Of a stretch of 64,000 nucleotides of DNA, positions 19,662 through 28,740 are shown piece by piece. How positions within the stretch are numbered: the first letter of the stretch is position 1; each line of letters opens with the position of its first letter. This stretch comes from Dehalococcoidia bacterium. GTDB lineage: Bacteria; Chloroflexota; Dehalococcoidia; JAUQQI01. Under the pieces are notes generated by a model. That model made no database searches and was not told the DNA's origin. It saw only the letters and a program-made list of their open reading frames with translations. The stretch lies in the NCBI GenBank assembly GCA_034434875.1, contig DAOTYJ010000115.1:3213-67212 (forward strand). The letters are read 5' to 3'. Made by a program: the position numbers and the translations under genes.

Positions 19662-20621
19662 TCAGGTGACGAGGCGGCCGGCCGTCAGCTCTTCCCGGTA
19701 CCAGGCGACGGTGCGGCGCAGGCCCTCCTCCAGGCCGACGGTGGGCGACCAGCCGAGAACCTGCCGGGCCTTGGTGAGGTCGGGCCGGCGGCGGGCGATC
19801 TCCTCCGGGCGGGGGGGAAGGAAGACGATAGGGGCCGGGGTTCCGGTCAGGGCCTTGACCAGCCGGGCCACCTCGATGACGGGCCGCTCGTCGTCGTTGC
19901 CCAGGTTGAAAACCTCCCCGGCCAGGCCGGTCCCAAACCCGACCCGGAGCAGGCCCGCCACCAGGTCCGAAACGTAGCAGAAACTGCGGGTCTGGGAGCC
20001 GTCGCCGTAGACGGTGAGGGGCTCGTTCCGGAGGGCCTGCCGAATGAAGTTGGGAATAACCCGGCCGTCGTCCACCCGGTTCCGGGGTCCGTAGGTGTTG
20101 AAGATCCGGACGATGCGGACGTCCAGGCCGTATTTTCGAAAATAGGTTACCGTCAGGGCTTCGGCGAACCGCTTGCCCTCGTCGTAGGCGGCCCGGGGCC
20201 CCACCGGGTTCACGTGGCCCCAGTAGGTTTCGGGCTGGGGGTGGACTTCCGGGTCGCCGTAAACCTCGGAGGTGGAGGCTAAAATAAACCGGGCCCCGGC
20301 GGCCCGGGCCAGCTCCAGCAGGTTGTAAGTTCCGGCGCTGTTGACCAGCAGCGTTTCGACCGGGTACCGGCCGTAATCCTCGGGGCTGGCCGGACTCGCC
20401 AGGTGAAAGATAAGCTCCGGGTCCTCCCCGTTAAGGTTTAAAGGCTTAACAATATCCTGCTCCAGGAGCCGGCAGCGGCCCTGCCGGAGCAGGTGGCCGA
20501 TATTTTCGGGCCGGCCCGTAAGGAAGTTGTCCACAACCGTTACCCGGTGGCCGGCTTCGACGAGGCTTTCGACCAGGTGGGAGCCGATAAAACCGGCCCC
20601 GCCGCTCACCAGTATTTTCAT
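19662..20621 (-). CDS. uxs: UDP-glucuronate decarboxylase (UDP-xylose synthase), SDR family
   Basis: 319 aa; near-collinear with UXS/ArnA-decarboxylase: KILVSGGAGFIGSHL...IFHLASPASPEDY...ASTSEVYGDPEVHPQPETYWGHVNPVGPRAAYDEGKRFAE...RIFNTYGPR...DGRVIPNFI...PLTVYGDGSQTRSFCYVSDLV. Confidence 0.85.
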   Translation of the reverse strand: MKILVSGGAGFIGSHLVESLVEAGHRVTVVDNFLTGRPENIGHLLRQGRCRLLEQDIVKPLNLNGEDPELIFHLASPASPEDYGRYPVETLLVNSAGTYNLLELARAAGARFILASTSEVYGDPEVHPQPETYWGHVNPVGPRAAYDEGKRFAEALTVTYFRKYGLDVRIVRIFNTYGPRNRVDDGRVIPNFIRQALRNEPLTVYGDGSQTRSFCYVSDLVAGLLRVGFGTGLAGEVFNLGNDDERPVIEVARLVKALTGTPAPIVFLPPRPEEIARRRPDLTKARQVLGWSPTVGLEEGLRRTVAWYREELTAGRLVT

Positions 20622-21988
20622 CGTTTCATCCCGGCAACTTTTACGCTGGCAAACATAAACCAGAAGAGATAGGCCAGGTCGATGAGAAAGTACGAGTTGT
20701 CGAAGAGGCCGTGGACCAGCAGGTCCGCCATGGCCGCCCCGCAGACGGCCCCGATAAGCCGAAGTTCCGGCCCCCCGGAACGGGCAAGGGTAAGGACACG
20801 TCGCCAGAAATCAAACTGCAACAGGACCAGGGCCAAAAGGCCCCCGATTCCGAGTCGCACCCAAAAGTCTAACACAATGTTGTGGGGGTGGGAAATATCC
20901 GGCTCCGGCCAGGCCTCCGGGGGTATATAACGTTCCCGATAAAAGTAAAGAAAGTTGTCGAGGCCCACCCCGGTTAAGGGTCGGTCCCGAATCATCCGGA
21001 CAGCGGCCTCCCAGATGTAGAGGCGGCGGAGGGCGGTTTCGTCGGCCCCGAAGCGACCGGGGGCCAGGGTAAACCCCAGGGCCCCGGCCAGGGCCAGGGC
21101 GGCCAGGAGCACCAGCCCGGCGGTTACGGCCCGCCGGCGGGCCAGGAGGGCAAAGCCGGCGGCCAGGCCGGCGGCCAGGCCCAGCCACGCCCCCCGGGAG
21201 TAGGTGAGCCAGAGGGCCCAGAGGCCGGCCGCGGCCGTGAGGCCGGTCGCCAGGCGCCCCCGGCCGCCCCACCCCGCCCCCAGGATTACGGCCGGGGGGA
21301 TGAGCTTTCCCAGGTAGAGGGCCAGGGCATTGGGCGAATGGTAAATGGCCAGGGCCCGGTTTACCCCGCCCGTGGCCTCGGTGACGCCCACAAAGTAGTA
21401 GTGATAAAGGGTGTAAAGGCCCACCGCCGCCCCGGCCGCCGTAAAGCCCCCGAAGACCCAGCCCGGAAGCTCCCTGGGCCGCACCGTCTGGAGGGCCAGA
21501 AAGTAAAAAATTATGGGCTCAACCACCACCCGCCGGTACTCCCGCAGGGCCACGTGGCGGTACTCGGCCCAGAGCAGGGACAGGGTTGCCACCCCCAGAA
21601 AGACCAGGGGGGCCGCCGGCAAAAAGGCCCGGCGCAGGTCCCGGATAAGCTCCCCTGGGCTCAGGCGGCCGGCTGCCAGCCAAAGGGCCTGGCGGCCGGC
21701 CCAGGCGGCGGCCGCCGCCAGGATAAGGACCTCCGAGACGACGAATTCGGGTCCCCCGAACTGCTTCGGGAAGCGGTAAAAGGGGCTCAGCCAGAGGACC
21801 CACCACAGGGCGGCCGGAAGGTCCCGGGCGGCCGCGGCCGTGAATATTCCCAGGCCCAGGGCGATGAGGGCCGGGTGCTGGCCGAAGTAAAAGAGGGCGA
21901 TCCCCCCGCCCTGGACGGCCACCCAGAGGGGCCTACTCGAGGCTGTAAACCAGGTGAACCGGCTTGCCATCCCGCTGATGGGTAGCAA
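20618..21988 (-). CDS. second O-antigen ligase/polymerase-like (Wzy_C) membrane protein
   Basis: 456 aa polytopic; LWLTYSRGAWLGLAAGLAAG and DISHPHNIVLDFWVRLGIGGLL motifs of the Wzy_C family; ATGA overlap with uxs. Confidence 0.65.
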   Translation of the reverse strand: MLPISGMASRFTWFTASSRPLWVAVQGGGIALFYFGQHPALIALGLGIFTAAAARDLPAALWWVLWLSPFYRFPKQFGGPEFVVSEVLILAAAAAWAGRQALWLAAGRLSPGELIRDLRRAFLPAAPLVFLGVATLSLLWAEYRHVALREYRRVVVEPIIFYFLALQTVRPRELPGWVFGGFTAAGAAVGLYTLYHYYFVGVTEATGGVNRALAIYHSPNALALYLGKLIPPAVILGAGWGGRGRLATGLTAAAGLWALWLTYSRGAWLGLAAGLAAGFALLARRRAVTAGLVLLAALALAGALGFTLAPGRFGADETALRRLYIWEAAVRMIRDRPLTGVGLDNFLYFYRERYIPPEAWPEPDISHPHNIVLDFWVRLGIGGLLALVLLQFDFWRRVLTLARSGGPELRLIGAVCGAAMADLLVHGLFDNSYFLIDLAYLFWFMFASVKVAGMKR

Positions 21989-23528
21989 ATTCCAGCACCG
22001 GCCGCCGGCCGAGGGCCGCGGCCGCCCGCCCCAATTCGGCCCGCCGGTCGTAAACGGTTGCCTCGGGGGCGTGGAGAAGATACCTGGCGTTGGGAAAACG
22101 GGCGGCGTAGCCGTAAAGCATATCCACCAGCTCGGGGGGAGCCTGGGGCTGGTAAAAGAAAAGCTCCAGGGGCGTCACCCGGCCGCCGGTAAGGACCACC
22201 ACCGGGGCGGCGATCCCCCAGTCGAGGGCCAGGACCGGCCGGTCGGGGTCGGCCGCCAGGTAATCGGCCAGCCGGTAGATGGCGTCCGACATCCGCAGCC
22301 ACCCGCCCGTCTCGGCCAGCGCCCGGTGGTAGTTTAAGTCGGCGGCGACGTCGCCCAGGCCGAGGCCCAGCCCGGCCAGCAGGACCAGACCCACCCGCAG
22401 GGCCCGCCCGCCCAAAAGGTCCCCGAGGCGAAAGATAACCCCGACGGTCAGCAGTTGAGGAAGGGGCATCAGCAGGTAAAGGTGGGTGGGCCAGAGGCCG
22501 GAGACGGTGAAGGCGCTCTGGGCGGTCACCAGCAGGATGACCCCGGCCAGCCCGCCCAGCAGCCGCCAGCACCGGTCCCTTCGGCCCAGGATGAAGCCCC
22601 CGGCCAGGGCCGCCCCCAGGGCCCCCATCAGGACGGGGGGATAGGCCGGGTTGCCGAAGCGGCCGCCCAGGAACCAGAAATGGTCCCCCCGCACCAGGGC
22701 GAGCAGGTGGTCGAAGGCGGTGGCCAGGTTGTCAAGGACCCGCCAATTTTCAACCCCGTAGCTGGTCCGCCAGAGGTTGGCGGCCACCACCTCCAGGGTC
22801 CCCCCGGACCGCAGGTTGTAATAGAGGGGCATCCAGGCCCCGGCCAGGACCCCCAGGGCGGCTAGGACCAGCCGGCCGGGTCTTAACAGCTCGGCCAGGG
22901 CCTGGCCGGCCTTGGGCCCGGCCTGAACCCAGAGGTAAAGGCCCAGGACCGGCCCCCACCAGAGAAAGAGCAGCTTTACGCTCAGGCCGAGGCCGAAAAG
23001 CAAGGCCGCCAGGTAGGCCCAGCGAAGCCGCCCGGTCTTGAGCCAGTTATCCAGGCTGAGAAGGGTTGCCACGGCCAGCAGGCCGAGCAGGGAGCTTACG
23101 TGGACCCCCTGCCGGGTCCAGAAGACAAAGGAGGGGTGGACCGCCCCGAGCAGGACCCCGAGCCCGGCCGGGACGGGCCCGAGCCAGCGCCGGCCCAGAA
23201 CCCCGGCCAGGGCCAGGGCCACCATCCCCCCGGCGATGGGTAAAAGCCGGAGCTGAAGGACGCCCACCCCAAAAAGGCCGAACCAGGGGATGTATAAATA
23301 CGTGCTTACGGCCCCCACGTAATCCATCACCATCACGGGCAGGCGCAGGCCGAAAAGGTCAAGACTTACGTTTCGGGCCGGCTCGACGGGTTTGCCGGTC
23401 AGGAGCCGGACGGCCGGGGCGGCGTCGGCAGCCTCGTCGTAGTAAAGGCCCGGCAGGCCCGGCTGGGCCAGGGCCAGGCCCCAGAAGGCGATGAGGCCAG
23501 TGAGGGCCAAGACGCGCCCGAAGCTCAT
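21933..23528 (-). CDS. GT-C fold membrane glycosyltransferase (ArnT/PMT-like, GT39/GT83)
   Basis: 531 aa; N-terminal TM then periplasmic loop with LYYDEAADAAPA (DE-x-x-Y-type motif of ArnT/PMT) followed by >10 TM helices and a C-terminal soluble domain. Confidence 0.65.
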   Translation of the reverse strand: MSFGRVLALTGLIAFWGLALAQPGLPGLYYDEAADAAPAVRLLTGKPVEPARNVSLDLFGLRLPVMVMDYVGAVSTYLYIPWFGLFGVGVLQLRLLPIAGGMVALALAGVLGRRWLGPVPAGLGVLLGAVHPSFVFWTRQGVHVSSLLGLLAVATLLSLDNWLKTGRLRWAYLAALLFGLGLSVKLLFLWWGPVLGLYLWVQAGPKAGQALAELLRPGRLVLAALGVLAGAWMPLYYNLRSGGTLEVVAANLWRTSYGVENWRVLDNLATAFDHLLALVRGDHFWFLGGRFGNPAYPPVLMGALGAALAGGFILGRRDRCWRLLGGLAGVILLVTAQSAFTVSGLWPTHLYLLMPLPQLLTVGVIFRLGDLLGGRALRVGLVLLAGLGLGLGDVAADLNYHRALAETGGWLRMSDAIYRLADYLAADPDRPVLALDWGIAAPVVVLTGGRVTPLELFFYQPQAPPELVDMLYGYAARFPNARYLLHAPEATVYDRRAELGRAAAALGRRPVLEFATHQRDGKPVHLVYSLE

Positions 23529-25168
23529 GGGTTTCGGCGGGGCAGGAAGGTGACCCCCAGGCCCAAAAAGCTGAGGGCGGCCAGGCCGGCCCCGAGCAGG
23601 GCCGGCCGGTAGTCGGGCTCCTCCAGGAGAACGACAAAGGCGTCGATGGTCACCCTTTCGTCGGGCCGGAGCTGGGGCACCGTCAGGGTGAGGCGGTGCT
23701 GGCCGTAGGGCAGGCCCCGGGCCACCGGGACGGGCCGGCCGGAGAGGTCCACCCAGGTCTGGCCGGTGGGGTCGGCCGGCAGGCCCGGGACCGGGTGGCC
23801 GTCCAGCTGAAGATAGACCCGGCCGTTCCGGGGCCCGGGCACCAGCTCAACCCCGGTTCCCCGGAAGGTAAAAACTAACCGGGCCCCGGGGGCCGAAGAT
23901 TCCACGTAGCCCCGGGCGGAGGCCTCGTCGGAGCGCAGGTAGGCCCAGCGGCCCTCGGTCTGAACGGCCGGGGAGGTCTCCTGGTGTTCGCCCGGCAGGG
24001 CGACCTTAAACTCCTCGGAGAGCTGCTGGACGGCAAAGTAAAGGGGGCGGGGGGTGAAATCGGGGTCCACGACCCGGAAGTAATACTCGGCGCTGTCAAG
24101 GGGGGAGATGTCCCCCACCTGCCGGAAGTACCAGAGGTTGATCACCCCCAGCCACTCCCACTGGCGGGCCAGGCGGACGGCCCGGACGGTGTAGGCGGCC
24201 TGCTCCTCCTCGGTCACCCGCCCCCAGTAAAGGCGGAAAGGGGGAAAAGTTGGGGGGGCGGCATTCCAGCCGAACTCGTTAAGCCAGATGGGCTTGGCCC
24301 CGTCGCCGTTGCGAACCATCACCTCCCGCAGAAGTTTAAGCCGCTGGAAGTTCAAAACCCTCGGGTCGGGGGGGTCTTCCGGGGGCCGGTCGAAGCCGTA
24401 GGCGTTGGCCATCAGGATGTCGAAATAGGGGGCGGCCCCGGCGGCGTACATGCCCTGAAGGAACTCCAGCTCGTTTATCGCCTGGGGCGACCGCTCCAGG
24501 GTCTGGGCCAGGGGGGCGCTTAAGATAACCGCGTTGGGGTCCACGGCCTTGGCCCGCTGGTAGGCGACCTTTAAAAGCTCGGTGTAGGCCACGGGGTCGG
24601 GGGGGCGGCCGCCCCATTCCCGGGCCAGGTTCGGCTCGTTCCAGACCTGGTAATACTGGACCCGGCCCCGGTAGCGGGCGACCACCCGGGCCACGTAGTC
24701 GCCGAACTCGTTAAGGTCCCGGACCGGGTAGCGGGCATTCTCAGCCCGGCTGCGGGCCCATTCCGGGGGCTGGTCGAGCCTGACGATGAGGCGCAGGCCA
24801 TACTGCTCCACCAGGTCGACGATTTCGTCGAACTTGTCCCAGGTGCTCCGCCGGATGCGGTCGTCCCAGAAGAGGCCCTGCTGGGGCTCGATCTGGTCCC
24901 AGGGGAACATCTGCTTGACCCAGCCCAGCCCGGCCGCCCGGGCCATCCGGAGGGTCTCCCGCTTCTTCCAGGTCTCCACCTCCCGGTCCAGGAAAAAGTT
25001 TGCCCCGAGGGGGTTCACGTCGGTGAAGGGCAGGGGCCGGGCCTGGGCCTGGATCGGGGGGACCGGGTTTAAAATTGGGTTCGGAAGCCACCAGGTGAGG
25101 CCCAGCCCCACCACCAGGCCGAGGAGAAAGAGCACCCGGGCGGTTCGGCGTCCCATGGCCGACCCCAA
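23525..25168 (-). CDS. membrane-anchored clan GH-A glycoside hydrolase (GH5/GH39-like)
   Basis: 547 aa; signal/TM at N-terminus, catalytic motifs YYQVWNEPN (acid/base) and IWLNEFGW (nucleophile), C-terminal TM anchor LLGAGLAALSFLGLGVTFL. Confidence 0.65.
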   Translation of the reverse strand: MGSAMGRRTARVLFLLGLVVGLGLTWWLPNPILNPVPPIQAQARPLPFTDVNPLGANFFLDREVETWKKRETLRMARAAGLGWVKQMFPWDQIEPQQGLFWDDRIRRSTWDKFDEIVDLVEQYGLRLIVRLDQPPEWARSRAENARYPVRDLNEFGDYVARVVARYRGRVQYYQVWNEPNLAREWGGRPPDPVAYTELLKVAYQRAKAVDPNAVILSAPLAQTLERSPQAINELEFLQGMYAAGAAPYFDILMANAYGFDRPPEDPPDPRVLNFQRLKLLREVMVRNGDGAKPIWLNEFGWNAAPPTFPPFRLYWGRVTEEEQAAYTVRAVRLARQWEWLGVINLWYFRQVGDISPLDSAEYYFRVVDPDFTPRPLYFAVQQLSEEFKVALPGEHQETSPAVQTEGRWAYLRSDEASARGYVESSAPGARLVFTFRGTGVELVPGPRNGRVYLQLDGHPVPGLPADPTGQTWVDLSGRPVPVARGLPYGQHRLTLTVPQLRPDERVTIDAFVVLLEEPDYRPALLGAGLAALSFLGLGVTFLPRRNP

Positions 25169-25172
25169 TATA

Positions 25173-25934
25173 TCAGGGCGGGGCGGATTCCTTCAAACGG
25201 ACGGCCGGCCTCTTAAAAGGAATTCCCGGCCGGCGGGGAAAGGCCTCCGGGGTCGGGGCCCTTTTCTCCAGGACGATAAAGACCCGCTCCAGGCCGTACT
25301 CCCGGCCGAAGGGGCCGAAGGTGCCGGCCGGCTCGGCCCCCAGCCGCCGGATGAAGGGGAGGGTCGGGGGAAGGTCGGGCAGATCCGGGGGGCCTTTCCA
25401 GTAGACGGCCCGGCCGCCCGGGGCCACCAGGGGCAGGGTCACTTCCACCAGGGTGGGGAGGCGGGCCAGGGCCCGGGCCGCCACCAGGGTCGCCCCCTCC
25501 CGGTAGGCCCGGTCCCGGCCCACATCCTCGGCCCGCCTCGGGATCAGCCTTACCCGGTCCAGGCCCAGCCGGCCCACCAGCTCGTTTAAAAACCTTACCC
25601 GCTTAAGGCTCGACTCGATGAGCCACAGCTCGACTTCGGGGAAGACCAGGCGGATGGGCACCCCGGGGAAGCCGGCGCCCGTGCCCACGTCGGCCAGGAC
25701 GGTCCCGGCCCGGAGCATCCCTTTAAGGCCCGGGATCTCAAGGCAGAGGAGGGAATCGATGAAGTGGCGGGTTTCCACTCCGGCCGGGTCGGTGACGGCC
25801 GTCAGGTTTACCCGGCGGTTCCAGTCAAGAAGAAGTCGGCGGTACTCCTCGAAAGCCGCAAGCAGGTCGTCCGTCGGCCCCAGGCCGTGGTCGGCAAGAA
25901 ACCGGCGTAGCCGGTCCAGGCCCCATTCAGCCAA
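25173..25934 (-). CDS. rsmG: RsmG/GidB-family SAM-dependent methyltransferase (16S rRNA m7G527 methyltransferase-like) embedded in the glycan operon
   Basis: 253 aa; LLLDWNRRVNLTAVTDPAGVETRHFIDSL...LADVGTGAGFPGVPIRLVFPEVELWLIESSLKRVRFLNELVGRLGL...VAARALARLPTLVEVTLPLVAPGG follows the RsmG fold closely. Confidence 0.8.
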   Translation of the reverse strand: MAEWGLDRLRRFLADHGLGPTDDLLAAFEEYRRLLLDWNRRVNLTAVTDPAGVETRHFIDSLLCLEIPGLKGMLRAGTVLADVGTGAGFPGVPIRLVFPEVELWLIESSLKRVRFLNELVGRLGLDRVRLIPRRAEDVGRDRAYREGATLVAARALARLPTLVEVTLPLVAPGGRAVYWKGPPDLPDLPPTLPFIRRLGAEPAGTFGPFGREYGLERVFIVLEKRAPTPEAFPRRPGIPFKRPAVRLKESAPP

Positions 25935-27273
25935 GGTCCTGCTGGATCAGCCGGCTCGCCTGGTAGCCCAGCCGGACGCTGTAGTTCTGGCCCCGGTCTT
26001 CGGGGTAGATCTGGGTGGTGTTGGCCAGGTAGAGGCGGCGGATGGGGGTTCTCAGGGGCGGCATCCGTCCCCGGTAGTTGGCCGTGATGACCGGCTGGGC
26101 GGCATCCTCCCGGTGGTGGTGGAGCTCCTCGACCCAGGCCGGGTCGAATCGGGGGTTTATCCGGCGCAGGTGGGGCAGGTAAACCCGGAAAAGCTCCGGG
26201 CCCGAAAGCCTTAAAAGGGGGTGGTCCCGGGCCAGGTAATTGGCGATATAAACGATATGCTTGCCCCCGTATTCCTCCGGGGGGAGCAGGTTCGTCTGCT
26301 CGATGACCCCGACGAAGGGCACCGAACGGTCGGCGATATTGAGCCAGTAGACCGGGCTCAGCCGCTCCTTGAGGACCAGCACCAGGCAGACGGCCGCCTG
26401 GTAGCGGATGGCCCGGATGAGGTCGGCGTAGGGGGCGGGCAGTTCGGGCACAAGGCGGAGAAAGACCCAACCGGGGACGGTGGCCAAGACGGCGTCGAAG
26501 GCCCATTCGGTGGGGATCTCCACCGCCCTGCCCCCCCACTCGACGGCCCGGCCGTGGGCCAGGCGGACCCCCCGGGCCTCCCCGTCGGCGGTGAGGACCC
26601 CCTCCACCTGGGCGCCGACGAAGACCCGGCCGCCCCGGGCGGTGATGGCGTCCCCGAGGGCCCGGTAAACCCGGCCGAAGCTTCCCCGCAGGTAGCCCAA
26701 AAGCTCCTTCTGCATGCCCCGGTCCCGGGAGGCGAAGCGCAGGTGGATTTTGCCCCAGAGCCAGGCCATCCCCACCTCCTCGGCCAAGTCGCCAAATTTG
26801 CCCCGCAGGAGGGGTCCCCAGACGGTCTCGTAGTTGCGCCGGCCGGCCCACTTGATAAGCCAGTCCCGGGCGGTTAGCTTTTCGAACCTGGCCCAGTTGG
26901 ACTCGTAGCGTAAATAGAGGCTGGTAAGGCCCAGGCGGATGCGGTCGACGACGCTTACGGGCTTAAAGCGGAGCAGGTCTAGGGGGGTTACGAAGTTGTA
27001 AACCTGGCCTTCCCAGAAGAAACCGACGGTGGACGGCAGCCAGAGCAGGTCCTTTCCCAGACCCAGCTCGCCGATAAGGTCGATGAAATAAACGTCCCCC
27101 CGGAAAAGGTGATGATAAAACCTTTCGACCTCGGTGCCGCCGACGGTGAAGGTGCTCACCTGGCCCCCGAGCCAGGGGGCCCGCTCGAAGACGACAACCC
27201 CGTGGCCGGCCTTAACCAGGTCCCAGGCGGCGGCCAGCCCCGCCGCCCCGCCCCCGATGATTCCGACCCGCAT
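25927..27273 (-). CDS. FAD/NAD(P)-binding oxidoreductase (amine-oxidase / phytoene-desaturase superfamily)
   Basis: 448 aa; N-terminal dinucleotide-binding MRVGIIGGGAAGLAAAWDLVKAGHGVVVFERAPWLGGQ and C-terminal FAD motif YLANTTQIYPEDRGQNYSV. Confidence 0.7.
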   Translation of the reverse strand: MRVGIIGGGAAGLAAAWDLVKAGHGVVVFERAPWLGGQVSTFTVGGTEVERFYHHLFRGDVYFIDLIGELGLGKDLLWLPSTVGFFWEGQVYNFVTPLDLLRFKPVSVVDRIRLGLTSLYLRYESNWARFEKLTARDWLIKWAGRRNYETVWGPLLRGKFGDLAEEVGMAWLWGKIHLRFASRDRGMQKELLGYLRGSFGRVYRALGDAITARGGRVFVGAQVEGVLTADGEARGVRLAHGRAVEWGGRAVEIPTEWAFDAVLATVPGWVFLRLVPELPAPYADLIRAIRYQAAVCLVLVLKERLSPVYWLNIADRSVPFVGVIEQTNLLPPEEYGGKHIVYIANYLARDHPLLRLSGPELFRVYLPHLRRINPRFDPAWVEELHHHREDAAQPVITANYRGRMPPLRTPIRRLYLANTTQIYPEDRGQNYSVRLGYQASRLIQQDLG

Positions 27274-28275
27274 TTAATCCGTCCCCCTATCCGCCGGCCC
27301 GGACGGGCCGGCCTCCGGGAGGAGCAGCGCCCCGTACCATCCTAACCAGATTATGCCCGCCACCGTCACCGGAAGCCAGAGCACCAGGTGGACCAGCAGG
27401 CCGAAGGCGGCGGCTTCGGGACCGGCCCCCAGGGCGGCGGCCGCCTCCCGGACCGCCAGGTCGAAGCTCCCGGCCCCGCCGGGGGCCAGGGGAAGGGCCC
27501 AGGCCAGGTTGCCCACCGAGGCCACCACCAGGTATTCCGAGGGGCCCAGGCCGAGGCCCAGGGCCCGACCGACGCAGAAAAACACTCCCGCCTCGACGGC
27601 CCAGCTGGCCAGGGTAAGCAGCCCCGAGGCCCCCAGAACGTCGGGCCGGCCCAGCCCCATAAGGCCCCGCCGGACCTGCCCGATAACCCGCCGGAGGCCC
27701 CGGGGCCCTTCGGGGGCGAATTTCAAAGTTGCCCAGGCCAAAATCAGGGTCCCCAGGAAGACCCCCGCCCCCACCAGGCCGGCCAGAAATCCCCAACCCG
27801 GGAACCGGGTCAGGCCGAGGCCCAAAAAGAGCAGGCCCACCAGGCTCAGGCCGTCCAGTACCCGCTCGGCCAGGGCCGTAGCCCCGACGGTGGGCCAGGG
27901 GAGGCGGTGGCGGAGGCTTAAAAGGGTGATGCGGGCCAGGTCCCCGGCCCGCCCGGGAATCAGGTTGTTGAGGGCGTAGCCGGCCAGGGTGAGGCCGAAG
28001 AGCTCCGGACGGCCCGGTCGGGCGACCTGCCCGAGCAGCAACTGCCAGCGCCAGGCCCGGAGCCAGGGGGCGACAAAATAGAGGCCGGCCCCGGCCGCCA
28101 CCCACCTGGGGTCCCCTTCCCGCCAGACGGCCCAGACCGACGCCGGGTCGGACCGGGCCACCACCAGGCCCAGGAGGCCGAGGCCCAGGACGGTGCCGGC
28201 CCAGTTCCACCAGGCGGTCCGCCGCCGGGCAACCTTAAGGACGGCCCTCACCCGGCCGACCGGGGCCATCCCCAC
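27274..28275 (-). CDS. UPF0104 / LPG-synthase-TM (flippase-like) membrane protein, first gene of the glycan operon
   Basis: 333 aa polytopic; LIPGRAGDLARITLLS...APGGAGSFDLAV pattern of the flippase-like domain; immediately abuts the downstream FAD oxidoreductase gene (0-nt spacer). Confidence 0.6.
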   Translation of the reverse strand: MGMAPVGRVRAVLKVARRRTAWWNWAGTVLGLGLLGLVVARSDPASVWAVWREGDPRWVAAGAGLYFVAPWLRAWRWQLLLGQVARPGRPELFGLTLAGYALNNLIPGRAGDLARITLLSLRHRLPWPTVGATALAERVLDGLSLVGLLFLGLGLTRFPGWGFLAGLVGAGVFLGTLILAWATLKFAPEGPRGLRRVIGQVRRGLMGLGRPDVLGASGLLTLASWAVEAGVFFCVGRALGLGLGPSEYLVVASVGNLAWALPLAPGGAGSFDLAVREAAAALGAGPEAAAFGLLVHLVLWLPVTVAGIIWLGWYGALLLPEAGPSGPADRGTD

Positions 28276-28330
28276 CCCCCCAGTTCCCCGGCCGGGACTT
28301 TGCGAAAAGGGTTTATCAAATGATGGTGGC

Positions 28331-28384
28331 TTGCAAATCGGCCCACGTCGTTGCCATTATACCCATAGGGAAGGGCCGTGTCCA
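28331..28384. promoter_or_regulatory. overlapping divergent sigma-A-like promoters sharing one AT-rich hexamer
   Basis: Minus strand: TGGACA (28379-28384 rc) - 17 nt - TATAAT (28356-28361 rc), ~75 nt upstream of the glycan operon start. Plus strand: TTGCAA (28331-28336) - 18/19 nt - CATTAT/ATTATA (28355-28361), upstream of the 28378 GTG. This is the only AT-rich patch in an otherwise ~70% GC region. Confidence 0.4.
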
Positions 28385-28740
28385 GGTACGTCCGAACGTC
28401 CGTAGACCCGAGGCTTTTTGACCGGCTGGTCCGGCGGGCCATCCGGCGGCTGCCCCCCGAGTTTCGGGCGGCGCTGGAAAACGTGGCCGTCATCGTCGAG
28501 GAGGAGCCCGCGGGTTCGGAGGAGCTTTTCGGTCAGTATTTCGGGCACCCGCTGCCGGCCCGGGCCGGGGCGGAGCCCCTCCTGCCCGACCGCATCGTCC
28601 TTTACCGGGGCCCCCTGGTTCGGGCCTGCGGGGGCGACCGGGGGCTGTTGGCCTTGGAGGTCGAGCGGACCATCCTCCACGAGGTCGGCCACCTGCTGGG
28701 CCTGGACGAGGACCGGCTGGCGGAGTTGGGGCTCCGGTGA
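28378..28740 (+). CDS. small zincin-like metallopeptidase-family protein (HExxH)
   Basis: 120 aa; C-terminal LEVERTILHEVGHLLGLDED is a zinc-binding HExxH helix as in the Zincin_1/DUF1025 'metallopeptidase family protein'. Confidence 0.55.
   Translation: MSRYVRTSVDPRLFDRLVRRAIRRLPPEFRAALENVAVIVEEEPAGSEELFGQYFGHPLPARAGAEPLLPDRIVLYRGPLVRACGGDRGLLALEVERTILHEVGHLLGLDEDRLAELGLR

Noticed and set aside
18262-19977. 571-aa + strand ORF
   Set aside because: It is antisense to the Wzy_C membrane protein and uxs, and its composition is dominated by G, P, Q, R and A.
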